This document shows positions 61,914 to 64,000 of a stretch of 64,000 bases of DNA, in pieces. Under the pieces are notes generated by a model. The model worked only from the letters and a program-made list of their open reading frames with translations, searched no databases and was not told the origin of the DNA. Position 1 is the first letter of the stretch. Each line of letters starts with the position of its first letter. Made by a program: the position numbers and the translations under genes. Origin of the DNA: Candidatus Binatia bacterium (lineage in GTDB: Bacteria; Desulfobacterota; Binatia; UBA9968; JAJDTQ01); NCBI GenBank assembly GCA_963666515.2, contig OY762897.2, positions 1,536,001 to 1,600,000 on the forward strand. The letters are read 5' to 3'.

Positions 61914-62624
61914 ATGGTGAACGAAGCGCGCATCGGCCTGATCATTCCGTCGGCCAACCGGCTCACCGAGCCCCAGTTCAACCGCTACCTGCCGGAAGAC
62001 GTTGACATCCACGTCACCCGGCTGCGCATGACCGGCAAGTGGGCCAAGCCCCTTGGCGAGCTTCAGGGAGCCATCGAGGAAGCCGCTGCCGTTTTGTCCG
62101 ACACTCGCCCGGACGTGATCGTGTTCCACTGCACGGCCAACTCCATGGAAGGCGGGCTCGATGGTGAGCGACGCATCACCGAATGGGTCAGCCGGGCAAG
62201 CGGGTGCGCGGCCGTGACGACCAGCCAAGCCATCACCGAGGCGCTGCGGGAACTCGCCATCCGCAAGCTCGTGCTGATCAGCCCCTACGTGGAGGCGACG
62301 AACCAGGCCGAGATGCGCTACATGACCGAAGCCGGCTTCGAGGTGGTCCACGAGCTGGGGCTCGGCCTTCCCGGAAGCGACGACTACATCGCGGTGACGC
62401 CGGAGCAATGGCTGGACATCACCTGCGACAACAGCCGACCGGAGGCCGAGGGCTACTTCCTGAGCTGCACCAACACCCGCATGATCGAAACCATCGAAGC
62501 CGTGGAAAGCCGCCTCAGCCGCCCGGTGGTGTCGAGCAACCAAGCGGCGCTGTGGGCCTGCCTGCGGCGCATGGACCGTTCGCCGTCGATCCCAGGACTG
62601 GGGCGGCTGTGCGCCGAGGGGTGA
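61914..62624 (+). CDS. Maleate cis-trans isomerase / Asp-Glu racemase family protein
   Basis: GLIIPSAN, HCTANS and SCTN (both catalytic Cys), VVSSNQA. Confidence 0.9.
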   Translation: MVNEARIGLIIPSANRLTEPQFNRYLPEDVDIHVTRLRMTGKWAKPLGELQGAIEEAAAVLSDTRPDVIVFHCTANSMEGGLDGERRITEWVSRASGCAAVTTSQAITEALRELAIRKLVLISPYVEATNQAEMRYMTEAGFEVVHELGLGLPGSDDYIAVTPEQWLDITCDNSRPEAEGYFLSCTNTRMIETIEAVESRLSRPVVSSNQAALWACLRRMDRSPSIPGLGRLCAEG

Positions 62625-62818
62625 CGGCACCTTCCCCGTCATTCCCGCGGACCAAGCTATGCCGATACTGCGATTGGATACGGAATGACGTGTCCGGGTC
62701 TCCTGCCGACCCATCACGTTTGACAACCTATCTCCGCTGGCAGTAAAAACGGATAGGCGCACCGTCCGTGCTTCCGCGCGGGTCCCGACCGCGGCGCCCA
62801 TTTTCCAAGGAGGCAATC

Positions 62819-63910
62819 ATGGCAGGAGTCATCGATGCGGATACGCATATCGCCGAGCCCGAGGCGATGTGGAAGTTCTTCGACGAGGACATGCACCCGC
62901 GCCGGCCGGTGCTGACGTCCATCACCGACGACACGCTGTACGGCGCCCGCAACAAGTTCTGGCTCATCGACGGCAACATCTTTCCGAAGCCCTCGGGCAA
63001 GGGCGGCTTCAGGCTGGTGACGCCGGCGGCCTCCACGCTGGAGACGGAACGAAACGACAGCCTCGTGGCGAGCCGTGAGATCACCGATGTGGGCGTGCGG
63101 CTCGCGGACATGGATCGCCTTGGGGTCGAGACCCAGGTGATCTACCCCACCCTCTTCCTCGTCTACCTGACCGAGGACGTGGACCTCGATATCGCCCTCG
63201 CCAAGGCCTACAACCGTTACATGTGGGAAGTGGAGGAGAAGGCCGGGGGACGGATGCGCTGGACCGCGGTGCTGCCTCTGCGCTCCATCGACGCCTCCAT
63301 CGAGGAAATGCGGCTCGCCAAGGAGCACGGCGCGGTGGGGATATTCTTTCGCGGCATGGAGGGGGAGCGGACCCTGGACGACCCCTACTTCTTCCCGGTG
63401 TACGAGGAGGCCAACTCCCTGGAGCTGCCCATCTGCATTCACACGGGGTCGGGCTGTCCGAGCCTCACCAACATGTTCAACCTCGAACGCAACCACACCT
63501 TCCACCACGGCCGGGTGCTGCCCATCTTCGCGTTCCGGGACATCATCCACAACCGCATCCCGGAGATGTTTCCGAAGCTCCGGTTCGGCTTCATCGAGGC
63601 CTCGGCCGGCTGGGTTCCGTTCCTGCTGCACATCTTGAGGCGTCTGCTGAAGCAGCAGTTCAAGTTCGACTCCAGCGTGGAGCTGTTCCAGAAGTACCGG
63701 CTGTTCGTGGCCTGCGAGGCCGACGAGGACATCCCGTACCTGATCCGCTACATGGGCGAGGACAACATCGTCATCGGCTCCGACTACGGCCACAACGACC
63801 CGTCCTTCGAGCCGGAGCTGGCCCAGACCATCCGGTCGCGGGAAGACCTGTCCCCCGCCATCGCGGACAAGATACTGTACGAGAACCCAAAGCAGCTCTA
63901 CGCGCTGTGA
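62819..63910 (+). CDS. Amidohydrolase family protein (Amidohydro_2)
   Basis: DADTH, CIHTG, FIEAS and GSDYGH motifs; AGGAGG RBS. Confidence 0.92.
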   Translation: MAGVIDADTHIAEPEAMWKFFDEDMHPRRPVLTSITDDTLYGARNKFWLIDGNIFPKPSGKGGFRLVTPAASTLETERNDSLVASREITDVGVRLADMDRLGVETQVIYPTLFLVYLTEDVDLDIALAKAYNRYMWEVEEKAGGRMRWTAVLPLRSIDASIEEMRLAKEHGAVGIFFRGMEGERTLDDPYFFPVYEEANSLELPICIHTGSGCPSLTNMFNLERNHTFHHGRVLPIFAFRDIIHNRIPEMFPKLRFGFIEASAGWVPFLLHILRRLLKQQFKFDSSVELFQKYRLFVACEADEDIPYLIRYMGEDNIVIGSDYGHNDPSFEPELAQTIRSREDLSPAIADKILYENPKQLYAL

Positions 63911-63968
63911 GGCGCTGAGACCTGACCGCGGCCGGGCATGATTCCCGGCCACAACCGCGAACTCCGCC

Positions 63969-64000
63969 ATGACGATCATCGACTCCGACACGCACATCGC
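63969..64000 (+). CDS. Amidohydrolase family protein, partial (runs off the window)
   Basis: MTIIDSDTHI start matches the DxDxH motif of the paralogs. Confidence 0.7.
   Translation, partial: MTIIDSDTHI

Overview
GC-rich bacterial chromosomal window. The gene content (many Amidohydro_2 enzymes, CaiB, LLM, SBP-fold proteins) resembles uncultured Binatota/Deltaproteobacteria-type genomes; this taxonomy is an inference only. The backbone is catabolic and housekeeping: two SDRs, a UbiD decarboxylase, prc, ispG-dus-maf, glcDEF, argC, two ABC systems, two Asp/Glu-racemase-fold proteins and nine amidohydrolase paralogs (one cut by the window edge). Several more AT-rich accessory islets interrupt it: (i) about 19.5-24.1 kb, with an orphan HigA, BrnT/BrnA, a J-domain protein, a HEPN-motif protein and a truncated IS3 fused to a membrane protein; (ii) a frameshifted DUF6338-like gene followed by a Pro-rich 42-aa ORF; (iii) an ABC-ATPase plus DUF4276 (TOPRIM-like) pair; (iv) an orphan coiled-coil gene; (v) an HTH-HATPase-DUF4325 gene preceded by three phased TTGACAA repeats; (vi) a defence island at about 50.9-58.3 kb with AbiEi/AbiEii, a nested ISNCY/IS1634/IS630 stack and AIPR. 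No rRNA, tRNA or CRISPR array was seen. All family calls come from motif recognition by eye, not from database searches.
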